Positions 39,230 to 50,907 of a DNA stretch of 64,000 nt are shown here, one piece after another. The stretch lies in contig NC_042997.1 of the NCBI RefSeq assembly GCF_006345805.1, positions 87,730,001-87,794,000 on the forward strand, given 5' to 3'. Position numbers and translations under genes: made by a program. The notes beneath the pieces were generated by a model, which worked only from the letters and a program-made list of their open reading frames with translations, was not told the origin of the DNA and searched no databases. The DNA is from Octopus sinensis. Taxonomy: Eukaryota. How positions within the stretch are numbered: position 1 is the first letter of the stretch; each line of letters opens with the position of its first letter.

Positions 39230-39800
39230 TACGGATCTTTGTACCCCATTAGCTTTTATAAATATTCAGTTTCATGTTTTATGTCTGTGCTAATAACGTC
39301 AGTGTAGTTCAGTGGTCTTTGTCTTGTATTAGGGTGAGGAGGCATTTAAACCATAACGTGTTATGCCCTGTTCTTCTGTACATTAGCAGTGGCCAGTAAA
39401 GCCTACTCTGCATTGAACAATATTGTTAGAGACGAGTGAAATGTGTCCATCAATCTCCACAGTGGTCTTGTGCTCATGCAGTGAGATGCCTTGTGTCTTT
39501 GTGAAAAACTTGGTGTATGTACACACAAGATAATATTGAAAGTTCCTTCTTCATAGTCCAAATTTTGGTTCTATAGAGGAGAATGCTCTGTACATGAGCT
39601 TGCATAGTGAGCGTTCTTCAAACATTCTCATAAAACAAATATTGATCTTGCACTCATGTGAACATGAATTGATGTTACTGGCAGTTTTGAGAGTTATGTT
39701 TGCTTCTTTATAATGTATAGTGTCTTGAGTTTTCTTTTTTATTTAATGTATCTATGTGTTAACTATGCATTTTACTTTTAACTAGATCCCAATGAATTAT
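39230..39800 (-). mobile_element. Possible Merlin/IS1016-type transposase relic
   Basis: Only decayed motifs: TVEIDG (cf. VEIDES) and HKT..N...NGV. Confidence 0.3.
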
Positions 39801-40258
39801 TTTGTGCTGTTGATACATTTGGAAATGACACTATCTTATATTCTCATACTACAACTCTGATTTTGGTTATCTGTCTTTTATTCTAATGAATACATTCCAG
39901 GAGCTGATTCTTTTGCATTGTTATTTATTAATTAATTTAATTTTCTTTCTATTCAATTTAGATATTTTTCTCCTTTGGGAAATTTATGCTAATTCTTCAA
40001 ATGAAGAGTGTGAAATTTAATTGTTGAAATATAGAATGCATACATTTGCTGAAATGATGATATAACCATTAGCTAGCCAACAAACATATCTATATGATAT
40101 ATCTTTCTGTAGCAACTAGATTGATACAAAGCTACACTTGTATATCTAACTGTGATAAATGTGAGTAAAAAAATAATATTCATCTATCAAGCCATTTATC
40201 TATCCATGCACTCACCTACCTACTTACCTTCCTACATGCATCTATACACACCTGTCTG

Positions 40259-40299
<41 letters not shown>

Positions 40300-40320
40300 A
40301 TCTATCTATCTATCTATCTA

Positions 40321-40389
<69 letters not shown>

Positions 40390-40475
40390 TTGTCTGGCTG
40401 TCTATTTGTCTTCCCATCTATCTATCTGTCAGTCTAAGCTATCTAATTTATCTGTCTCTATAATATCTATCAGTG

Positions 40476-40529
<54 letters not shown>

Positions 40530-40565
40530 GTAATAATGATAATAATTATAATAATAATAATAATA

Positions 40566-41105
40566 AGCCAAAACACTACACTGTGACATATTATGTCAAA
40601 GATGATTTGAAGTAGAAAGAAAATGGTATGAATATAAACCAGAAAGTGTAATAGAGAGCAACCAGTATAAGGCTTTATGGGATTTTAATTTACAGACTGA
40701 TTGCAAAATTCATGCCAGGCAACTAGATATTATGGTTCCTGACAAGAGGAAATAAGTGTGCATCATCATAGATGTGACTGTATCTGCAGACATGAATGTA
40801 GCCAACAAAGAACAGGAGAAAATAGGAAATACCAGGATTTGGCTAGGGTAATAGGATGACTGTGGAGGGTCTCAACCAAAGTTAGTCCCAGTTGTTATAG
40901 GTGCCCAATTGTTATAGGTCACCAACAAATTTAACAGTTTTCCTATAGAGATTGGTGTAACTATGAGAGTTGTATTAATTCAGAAATGTACTCTATTGGC
41001 TACAGCAATGGTTGTAAGAAAGGTCCTCAATATTAAAGGAAGCTAGTCTTGACCTGGTATCAAGGACATTGATTCTGAATGTAAAATATTTATGCACATC
41101 ATAAA
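40566..41105 (+). mobile_element. R4/Dong-like non-LTR 3' fragment in a (TAA)n tract
   Basis: KWYEYKPESVIESNQYKALWDFNLQTDCKIHARQLDI...CIIIDVTVSADMNVANKEQEK, with (TAA)n at 40470-40565 and 41105-41180. Confidence 0.88.
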
Positions 41106-41119
41106 TAATAATAATAATG

Positions 41120-41182
<63 letters not shown>

Positions 41183-41485
41183 CTGTACCAGACAATGGCT
41201 GCTGTGATGCAGTATCAGGTAGGGGCTTGCTCTGATGTAATACCTGGCAGTGACTCTCATGGTTTCTAATCTTAAATAATTGGAAATGTTATCATGTACA
41301 TGTTTTATCTTGGTGTAAAAGATGGGCTACAGCAAATATTCTGCTCAATACCACACATTTGCTTGTCAGTTACATGACCTTAACTGGTTGATTATGTCCC
41401 TTAGTGGCTGATGATACATGTGTCTTTGATCATGAGCAAGAGTAGTGGAAAAGCATAATAGCCATGTGTTGAGAGAAATTCTTTG

Positions 41486-41714
41486 GAGGTGAGCTGGCAG
41501 AATCGTTAGCACACTGGGTGAAATGCTTAGCGGTATTTCATCTGCCGCTACGTTCTGAGTTCAAATTCCGCCGAGGTCGACTTTGCCTTTTATCCTTTCG
41601 GGGTCGATTAAATAAGTACCAGTTATGCACTGGGGGCGATATAATCAACTTAATCCGTTTGTCTGTCCTTGTTTGTCCTCTCTGTGTTTAGCCCCATTTG
41701 GGTAGTAAAGAAAT
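41486..41714 (+). mobile_element. SINE family B, young copy
   Basis: GAGCTGGCAGAATCGTTAGC head, B box GAGTTCAAATTCC, and a 12-bp TSD AGAAATTCTTTG at 41474-41485 and 41715-41726. Confidence 0.95.
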
Positions 41715-41872
41715 AGAAATTCTTTGAAGTATGAATAAATCACCTCTAAAAACATGGGTGTTTCATTCATAATCCTTAAACAGACCTTATTCAGGGATCT
41801 TTTGAGTGGGATAGGCTACTTGACTTGAAGAAGGTCTGTTTATCTTGATATGCACTATTTATCTTGATATGG

Positions 41873-42102
41873 ATTTTTTTATTGCTTACAGGGGGCTAAA
41901 TATAGAGGGGACAAACAAGGACAGACAAAGGGATTAAGTCGATTACTTCAACCCCAGTGCGTAACTGGCAATTAATTTATCGATGTCAAAAGGATGAAAG
42001 GCAAAGTTGACCTCGGCGGAATTTGAAAACAAAACGTAATGGTAGATGAAATACCGCTAAGCATTTTGCCCTCTGTGCTAATGGTTCTACCAGCTGACCG
42101 CC
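41873..42102 (-). mobile_element. SINE family B, inverted relative to the 41486 copy
   Basis: Reverse-complement match. TSD CTGTTTATCTTGAT(A/G)TG at 41836-41852 and 42103-42119. Confidence 0.92.
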
Positions 42103-42807
42103 CTGTTTATCTTGATGTGAGATCACCATATCGCATACATATGATTGTGATGCATGTACCTGGTGTACCCTTATCAAATGGGTAGTCATGATGAGTATAT
42201 TGGACTTCATATATTTGTACCCCAGGGTCACTTTGATGGCATGCATTGCTCTTTCACTCAATAATGATGATGATGATGATAATTTTACTTCTACTTTTCC
42301 TTGAGGAATGGATTGGACTGGTTCTGTGCCAGTGTTTTATGATAGAATGTCCTTTCTGTTGTTAACCCTTTTGGTTGCCGCTTATAACACAGGGACACAA
42401 TGTACTCATTTTAAAATCAGGAGGCACACAGTAAAATCTGTCCATTTGCCAATCCATCACTCTGTCTACCTGTCTATACTCATACAAACTGTGTGCCAAT
42501 AAATACAATATAATTATTTATCTACATATACATGCCAATTACATATAAATAATATTGAGTAAATAGTCTGTTCTGTGAGCAGGAAGCTGGCAGGAAAAAT
42601 AGAACATCAAAGTAATACTTAGCAACCTATGCCCTGAGATCATTCACCAAAGTAAACTTTACATTTTTCTTTCAGTTAGGAGTGAACAAAATAAGTACTA
42701 GAATATAATGCCATTAATTTGAACACATGTATTCCTCTTCTAACTAGTATGTTAACTAAATATATCACTAGTACTCAACGAATTGAGAAATATGATTAAT
42801 ATAGCCT

Positions 42808-43210
42808 AGGCATGGCTGTGTGGTAAGAAGTTTGCTTCCCAACCATATGGTTTCAGGTTCAGTCCCACTGCATGGCACCTTAGGTAAATGTCTTCTACTA
42901 GAGCTTCAGGTTGTCCAAACCCCTGTGAGTGATTTGGCAGATGGAAACTGAAAGAAGCCCATCATATATAAATATATATATATATATTTGTCATCATCAT
43001 CATCATCATTTAATGTCCGTTTTCCATGCTAGCATGGGTTGGACAGTTTAACTGAAAACTAGTAAGCTGGAGAGATGTACCAGGTTCCAATCTGATTTGG
43101 CAAGATTTCTACAGCTGGATGCCCTTTCTAACGCCAACCACTCCAAGAGTGTAGTGAGTGCTTTTTACATAAAGAAATATATATATATATATATATATAT
43201 ATTTATGTGC

Positions 43211-43266
<56 letters not shown>

Positions 43267-43500
43267 ACATGTGTATGTGTATGTCTTTGTGTCTGTGTTT
43301 GTCCTCCATCACCACTTGACAACTGGTGTTGATGTGATCACGTCCCCCATAACTTAGCAGTTCAACAAAAGAGATCAATATAATAAGTACCGAGCTTTGA
43401 ATAAAAGATGATACTGGGGTGATTCATTCAACTAAAATCCATCTAGGCAGTACTCCACATGGCCACAGTCTAATGACTGAAACAAGTAAAAGACAAAAGA
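42808..43500 (+). mobile_element. SINE family A with an RTE-tail element nested in its internal microsatellite
   Basis: Head at 42808, RTE-type tail on the minus strand at ~42990-43165, and family A 3' half at ~43280-43500. Confidence 0.85.
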
Positions 43501-45544
43501 TATGCTTGCTCTCTCTTTCTCGCGTGTACACACATATACATGCATACACGTATACACATATTTGTAACTATGTATGGGAGCATACATAGTTAGAAATACA
43601 TATATGTGTATTTCCCCATACACATATATGTGTATGGGGAAATACAATATAAAAGGGTTATAAGTTAATGTACATTATTAATAGAAATATCATTACAAAT
43701 GCAAAACAAATTTTATTTATAAAGGATCCATTTGCTTTACATACATACATATATAATATCCTTCAAAACCTCCATGCTTCCTGAAATTTTTCAACAGTAC
43801 CCTTCTCCTTTTTGTTTTTTGAAACGACTCATTCATTGTTCATTTCTTGTGCATTATTCTATGTACAGTTATGCACTTATGGTGACATTTTCTAATGAGT
43901 TGTAGTGTACCTGAATACTGTATACAATAATTTCATTATGATTATTATTATTTCAATATATGAAAAGAGAAGATGATTTAAGAATGAGTTACATAAAACA
44001 ATGTGACTTACACAGGGTATATGTTCAGTCTGTTTATACAATTAACATGCTGATATTGTACTGAATATATATGAGAGCAAAAAAGAGACTAGTAGGACTA
44101 AATAATTAACTTTAAAATCATCCTTATAATAAATGTCACTGTGTATTTATATAATTTGTGTCACACAAAGAGAGCTACCACCAATTTTTTTAAAGGTATC
44201 TGCCTTGAATATTATGTACATCATCATTTAATATCTTTTTTATATGCTAACACGTATTGGATATTTTGATAGGATCCAGTAAACTGCAAAGCTGCATCAA
44301 ACTCTTGTTTCAACTTTGGTGTGGTCTCTACAGCTTTACAGCGTGCAATGGGTATTTTAACTAAACGGTATTTTGGAGGGGTAAGTGGCTTTAAGCCAGA
44401 TGCTGAGAGGCTTAAATATGTTGAGGGACAAGTACAAGTGTCTTACAATAGAAAAGATATATGGCTAGTCTCCATTGTATAAGGGTGGGTGTGAGTAGCC
44501 GGGAAGCTACATATATTAGTTGAATTTTCAGTTAAGGTACTGTTAAAGCAAATATTAAACTGAAAATTAATTTTTGTAGATTGTTCACTGCAAAGTAAAT
44601 ATGTGTGTCAATCATATTTTATTATTATTTTCAACACATTTAAGTCAGATAAACACATTTTCCATTAATATTGGTTTCAAATGTTGGCACAAGGCCAGCA
44701 CTTTCAGGGGAAGAGGAAGCTGATTATTTTGACCCCAGTGCTCATTTGGTACTTATTTTATCAACTTTGAATGGATGAAAGGCAAGTAGGCCTTGGTGGA
44801 ATTTGAACTCAGAACATAATGACAGACGAAATGCCTCTAAGCATTTTGCTCAGGTTTCTAATGATTCTGTCAGTTCACTGCCTTCATATTTAGCATTAAT
44901 ATTGATGGCATAAATATACTAGTAAAGATATAAAATGCATGATGAATTCAGTAGGCAATTAGCTTCTACATATCAGCTTTCTAATGCAGTCTACGGTTAG
45001 AACCAGTGCCTAGATCCAATGCTAAAGGAACTGAGATGATTGAAGGTACTCTAGCATAGGATTGACTACTGAAGCAGATTCTCCAGGCTCACAGACTAAG
45101 TTAAATCCAGCACTACAAGTTGACAAACATCTTGTCAGTTTTATAGTGGTCCTCCCTGCAACAGTAAGTTGTTCCTATACTGTACTGCTGCTTTACAATC
45201 AGGTTAACTCATATGAGTATGAAGTATTTTAGCCAAAGCAGTGCTGGTAACCAGATACAGGTCATAAATGTCTTGGCCACTTGTGGATTGTTTTATATTT
45301 TTTTTATGTTGATTTGTCATATACAGAACTATCACTTCTCAAGATATGTGATTTGCATTTGTGCAAATGTTACCATAAAAAAGATATATCTTTGAAGTGT
45401 GCAACTATTCAAAATAGAGTTTCTATATAATATACATGTAAAATTTTACTCTAGAAAATTTTGGAATGCTCATAAACTAAAAAACAAGAGGAAACATTTG
45501 TCTGAATAAGGTTTTCAAACTTTAAAGTGTGAAATTAAAAAGAA

Positions 45545-45985
45545 TTTATATCTGTTTCAGTCATAAGAATGTGGCTATCCTAGGGCACCACCTTGAAGAA
45601 TTTTTAGTTGAACAAATCAATTGCAGTACTTACTTTTAAGCCCGGTACTTATTCTGTCAGTCTCTTTGCTGAACTGATAAGTTACAAGGATGTAAAAAAA
45701 CCATGTCTAGTTGTCAAGTGGTGGTGAAATACAAACACAGACACAAAGATACACACACATATATATATATATATATTATATATATATATATAATATATAT
45801 ATATATATATTTATACACACACAATGGACTTCTTTCAGTTTCCATTTGCCAAATCCTTTCACAAGGCTTTGGTTAACTTGAGGCTATAGTGGAAGACACT
45901 TGCCCAAGGAGACATGCAATGGGACTGAACCTAGAACCATATGGTCAGGAAGCTAACTACTTACCTCACAGCCATGCGTGTGCCT
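45545..45985 (-). mobile_element. SINE family A
   Basis: Head, body and tail match the family by eye. Confidence 0.88.
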
Positions 45986-47694
45986 TAATTTTAACTCATT
46001 TAACGCTGGGAGCATTTAAATCAAACTAGAAAGAAAATCAACCTCATGGATGGGATATGCATGGTTCTAAATACACCGAAGATGAAACAATGCCAACATA
46101 GAATTTATAATGTTGTTCTTGCTTGGGGTTGTGAAGACAAAATACTTTTAAAGAAAGGTTATTAATTTTTCTCTTATGCACATTTAATTCTTATACTGAT
46201 GCATCATATAATTATATATCTTAACATATAAATTAAATGTATGTACATCAACTTTGCTTTTCGTAATAAGATATGTTTTAATCACTGTGGTATTTGAAAA
46301 ACAACATACTATACATATCAACATGTTATAATTCTTTTTCATATTTTAAAATATCTTTTGAGTTATTATAATTTTCTTACTTATCAATTCACTTTAGCTT
46401 GCTTTATTATGACATGTGTGTAAAATTCGTCAACATTTCACTTATGCCTTTTATTTTCAAGTGTTTTGATATCTTGGTTTCCACATTTATTGATTGAGTT
46501 GTGTCCTTTGCAATTTTTTGACCTGATCACTAAAAATGAAATTTTAATTAAAATTTCTTAGCTTATAACATCGACTTCACTATTTAGCATGATAATTTTG
46601 TTTCAATATAAGTGTCTGTATGTGTGCTGTGCATGTATGTGTGTTTAAATGCATGTATGTTAATTGTTAGTTTATGTGCTCATCCATTCAATATCTGTGT
46701 GCATGTGTGTAAGATAATAACCTGTCTATATGTTCATCCTATGTCTGAATTACCATGGTGATAAAAAAAAAGAATAAACGACAGAGAGAAAATGAAAGTA
46801 AGAAAAGCAAAAGGATCTGATATAAAATGCCAAAACAAGCTGAAATGTGACATGAAAGAGAGAAAGTATTAAAAAGACAATGATGGGAGTTTGTTTCTTT
46901 TTATAAAAATAAGCAGAAACAATTAAAATGATTATAGAAATGATTTAAATAAAAGAAAATTACTGAACGTTGAAAGAAAAATTTTTGTAGATACTTCAAA
47001 ATTGAGAATTGTGGTATTTTAAACCAGAACAGACATGAGCACAAAACTTATTTTCCCTTACTTTTCTGGAATTGCTAGTCAAATTATTATTGGAAAAGGA
47101 AGCAGAAACTTATAATATAACTTACTAAATGAGATTTTTATAAATGAGAACTAACAATGATTTTTCTATACAAATGTATGCAACAAAATGTACAGAACAT
47201 GAGACAGGAATTAATAAGAAAAGTGATACAAACATCAAAGTAAGTAGAAACAAAATTAGAAGGTAACGAAATGCAAAAAATGTTTCTTTAACGTCAGTAG
47301 AATTGGAATAAAGGAGTTACTGCAGTCTAAAGCCCCTAATGTAGACTGTGTATAAGAATGAGTTAAATTCAGTCTTTTAAGAATAGTTTTTAAAAAAATG
47401 TCAGTTTAATTATGGAATTGTAATTTCATTTTTAGTCTTAGGGAAAGGTTGCAATCAATAAAAACTATGACAATCTCAAATTTTTAGATTTTTACTTGAT
47501 ATCATTTTTTTTCTTTTTGATATAATGCAAATAGCGATATACAGACACACGAAATAAATAAACATAATTATTTAAATGAAACTAAAATAATCCTAATTAC
47601 ATATCAAAATTTGATAGGTAAGGTTTTTAAATTTTAGAAATTTGTCAATTATTTATAGATTCAATGATCCTAGAAATATTGCATAGGTACAGCA

Positions 47695-47744
<50 letters not shown>

Positions 47745-47745
47745 T

Positions 47746-48258
47746 GAAGTATATTTGCCACCTAAATGTGGCTAACCCTTAAGGGTCAATGCTACTGTAG
47801 CTTGTAACCCCAGGAAGATATCTCCTCCAGCTGGCTATTGACACACTATCTGTGCCCTATCAGTATTTGCAAAGGGAAGTCATCATTCCCATCTCCAGCC
47901 TGATGTGATACGCACGGACCTAAGTTTCTGGGTATTGACCCATCATCAGCGTGTGACAGCCACCAGTTGGCAATGGGAAATGGTTCTCAATGCAAATATA
48001 TATACTTTTTCCAGTGACGAAAAGTCACTGATCTCAAAAAAATGGAAACAAGCAATAACAAATCTCTGAGTGAGTAAAAAACAGTAGCTGCACGACATTG
48101 TGAAGTGTATTTGCCACCTAAATGTTGCTAACCCTTAAGGGTCAATGCTACTTTAGCTTGTAGCCCCAGGAAAACATCTCCAGGCTGGTTATTGACACAC
48201 TATCTGTGCCCTATCAGTATTTGTAAAGGGAAGTCATCGTTCCCATCTCCAGCCTGAT

Positions 48259-48259
<1 letters not shown>
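47746..48259 (-). mobile_element. ~355-bp unit plus a ~158-bp second copy, hammerhead-bearing (retrozyme-like or Penelope pLTR tandem)
   Basis: Direct repeats 47746-47905 and 48102-48259 (about 10 substitutions and a 2-nt indel), a hammerhead between them, and (TA)n/(GA)n flanks. Confidence 0.8.
47911..47955 (-). ncRNA. Minimal type I hammerhead ribozyme
   Basis: CACACG-CTGATGA-TGGGT-CAAT-ACCCA-GAAAC-TTAG-GTC-CGTGCG. The core is complete, helix I is CACG/CGTG, helix II is 5 bp, and the triplet is GUC. Confidence 0.85.
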
Positions 48260-48304
<45 letters not shown>

Positions 48305-48521
48305 CAGAGTACTGACCCCAGTACATGACTTGTACTTTATTTATCAACCCTTGAAGGATAAAAAGTAAAGTTGACATTGGTGGTATTTGACCTCAGAACA
48401 GAGAGAGCTAGGACAAATATGGCAAAGCATTCTATTTAATGTTCTAACTACTTGGCCAATTCACCAGCATATATGTGTGTTTGTATATGTGTATCTATGT
48501 CTCTCTCTCTCCTGATATATA

Positions 48522-48912
48522 CAGGGTGTGGTGAATAAATTGTCGTCTAAATTATTCAAAAATGAAAATAACACTGACATCTCATTTTAACATATATTTA
48601 CCAAAATTACATAAAAATACCTTGAAATAATAAAGAGTAAATTTGTTCACTAAAATCGCCTTTGGCTTCAACCATGGCCTCCGAACAACTTCAAAATCTC
48701 ATGCAAGTCTTCTAGACAGTTTTCTTGTTTAAGCTGGTGAATGTTGCCATAATCCTTGCCTTCAGTTCATCTTTGGTGTTACAAGGAGTTTTTTTGGTCT
48801 CTTACCCAACTGTGCCCCACACGTAATAATCAAGGGGGTTGCAGTGTGGAGAGTTAGGTGGCCAGATGTTAGGGGTGTTATGGTCATAGAAATTGTCTGA
48901 CACCCATACTTG
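48522..48912 (-). mobile_element. maT (DD37D-type) Tc1/mariner element, 3' end only
   Basis: WPPNSPHCNPLDYYVWG...TPCNTKDELKARIMA, with terminus TA|CAGGGTGTG at 48520-48530. Confidence 0.85.
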
Positions 48913-48914
48913 TT

Positions 48915-49240
48915 TTTGTTCCTGGAGTCTTTTATTGAGAGTTTCAGGGTTTGAGACAATTGTGCAGATTCTTCTTGCTAGATTAAAGGGAATATTCTTC
49001 ATGTGTTTGGGATCTCTTTGTAGTGAATATCTGTTTCAATGTTTTTATCTCTTTTGATGATTAGTGTATCCAGGAATGGTAGTTGAGTTTTACTGTATTC
49101 CATGGCAAAGTTAATATTATTATTTATGCTTCTGAATAGATTTTTGGAATCTATAAGTTGTTCAAATGTGTGCATTCATAGGATTAGGCAATTATCTAAG
49201 TAATATTTCTACTTTTCTAGTAGATTTTCATGGAAGTTCA
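48915..49240 (-). pseudogene. Penelope-like element reverse transcriptase relic
   Basis: YYLDNC (cf. RYLDDC), NNINFAMEYSKTQLPFLDTLII, IETDIHYK and KNIPFNLARRICTIV. Confidence 0.88.
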
Positions 49241-49685
49241 AACCATATATTAATTTGACAGAAACACTTGACAGAAAACATTCAGAGCATTGATTATTTG
49301 GACATGTTCAGTCAACTGCATCAGCCTTAACATATGATGCCAAACATTGTCACTTGATACTAACACATGAACGTAGCAGGGAACTTACAAGAATTTTTAA
49401 GATCAGTCATGTGACTATCTTTGACCAATCAAATCCTATTCAAAACATATACTAATTTGAGCCATGAACTCCCTATAAAAATAGGGCAAGCTTCAAGCAC
49501 TAGTCAGAAGCAAGACAGCTGCAATATAAACCATGTCTTTCTATTTGAACTTTTTGAAAATCAGTGTAAACTATGAAACCGGTTACAGCTTTAAATATAT
49601 CAATAAAAAATATTTAAACTATTCTCAGTGCATTTTCAACTTCTATTTTTCCTATATTTCTACCCATGTGCAATAAAATAACTTT

Positions 49686-49745
<60 letters not shown>

Positions 49746-49754
49746 CATAAATAC

Positions 49755-50352
49755 GACAGGCTTCTTTCAGTTTCCGTCTACCAAATCCACTCACAAGGCT
49801 TTGGTCGGCCCGAGGCTATAGTAGAAGACACTTGCCCAGGTGCCACACAGTGGGACTGAACCCGGAACCATGTGGTTGGTAAGCAAGCTACTTACAACAC
49901 AGCCACTCCTGCGATATATATATATATATATATCTTTTCTTTTTTTCTTTTTTTTTCTTTTTCCTTGTTTCAGTCATTTTGACTGCGGCCATGCTGGAGC
50001 ACTGCCTTTAATTGAGCAACTCGACCCCGGGACTTATTCTTTTGTAAGCCCAGTACTTATTCTATCGGTCTCTTTTGCCGAACCGCTAAGTAACGGGGAC
50101 ATAAACACACCAGCATCGGTTGTCAAACAATGCTAGGGGGACAAACACAGACACACAAACATACACACACATATATATATATACATAAATACGACAGGCT
50201 TCTTTCAGTTTCCGTCTACCAAATCCACTCACAAGGCTTTGGTCGGCCCGAGGCTATAGTAGAAGACACTTGCCCAAGGTGCCACACAGTGGGACTGAAC
50301 CCGGAACCATGTGGTTGGTAAGCAAGCTACTTACAACACAGCCACTCCTGCG
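49755..50352 (-). mobile_element. SINE family A: full copy (49935-50352) plus an adjacent near-identical 5'-half copy (49755-49912)
   Basis: The two heads share private variants (GTGCCACACAGTGGG, ACTTACAACACAGCC) and differ by a 1-nt indel. Confidence 0.93.
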
Positions 50353-50856
50353 ATATATATATATATATATATACTAGCAGTAAAACCTCTCATTGATCGA
50401 GTAATTACTTTTACTGTTCCTTGGGAGCCACATTCAAAATATTTATAGTATATATAATTTACTCCTCCTGTATGTGTGTATTTTTATAAGAGAAAAATAT
50501 GTAATAATTGGAGTTGAAAAAGATCAATTTCATACATGAACTTCTTTTTGTTTATTATATGACAATAATAAATTAGTTAAATGTGTTATTTTATTTATTA
50601 ATACAGTAATGGAATAATTTTTGTTGAGACAAATTAGGCAATAGCATAATAGCTTCCCTTGAACCATTTACTTTCATTTTGGTGGACAAACAAAATAACA
50701 AATACACAAATGGACAGAATCTCTCATATACATACATATATATATATATATAAGATATAAGATAAGATAAGAAGAAAAAGCATAATAGTTTCCCTTGAAC
50801 CATTTACTTTCATTTTGGAGGACAACACAAATGAATAAACACAGAAACAGACAGAA

Positions 50857-50907
<51 letters not shown>

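Noticed and set aside
49554-49590. TTGAAAA...GAAACCGGTT hammerhead-like remnant
   Set aside because: There are two core mismatches and no helix I. It is too decayed to support, although its position near the PLE relic is suggestive.
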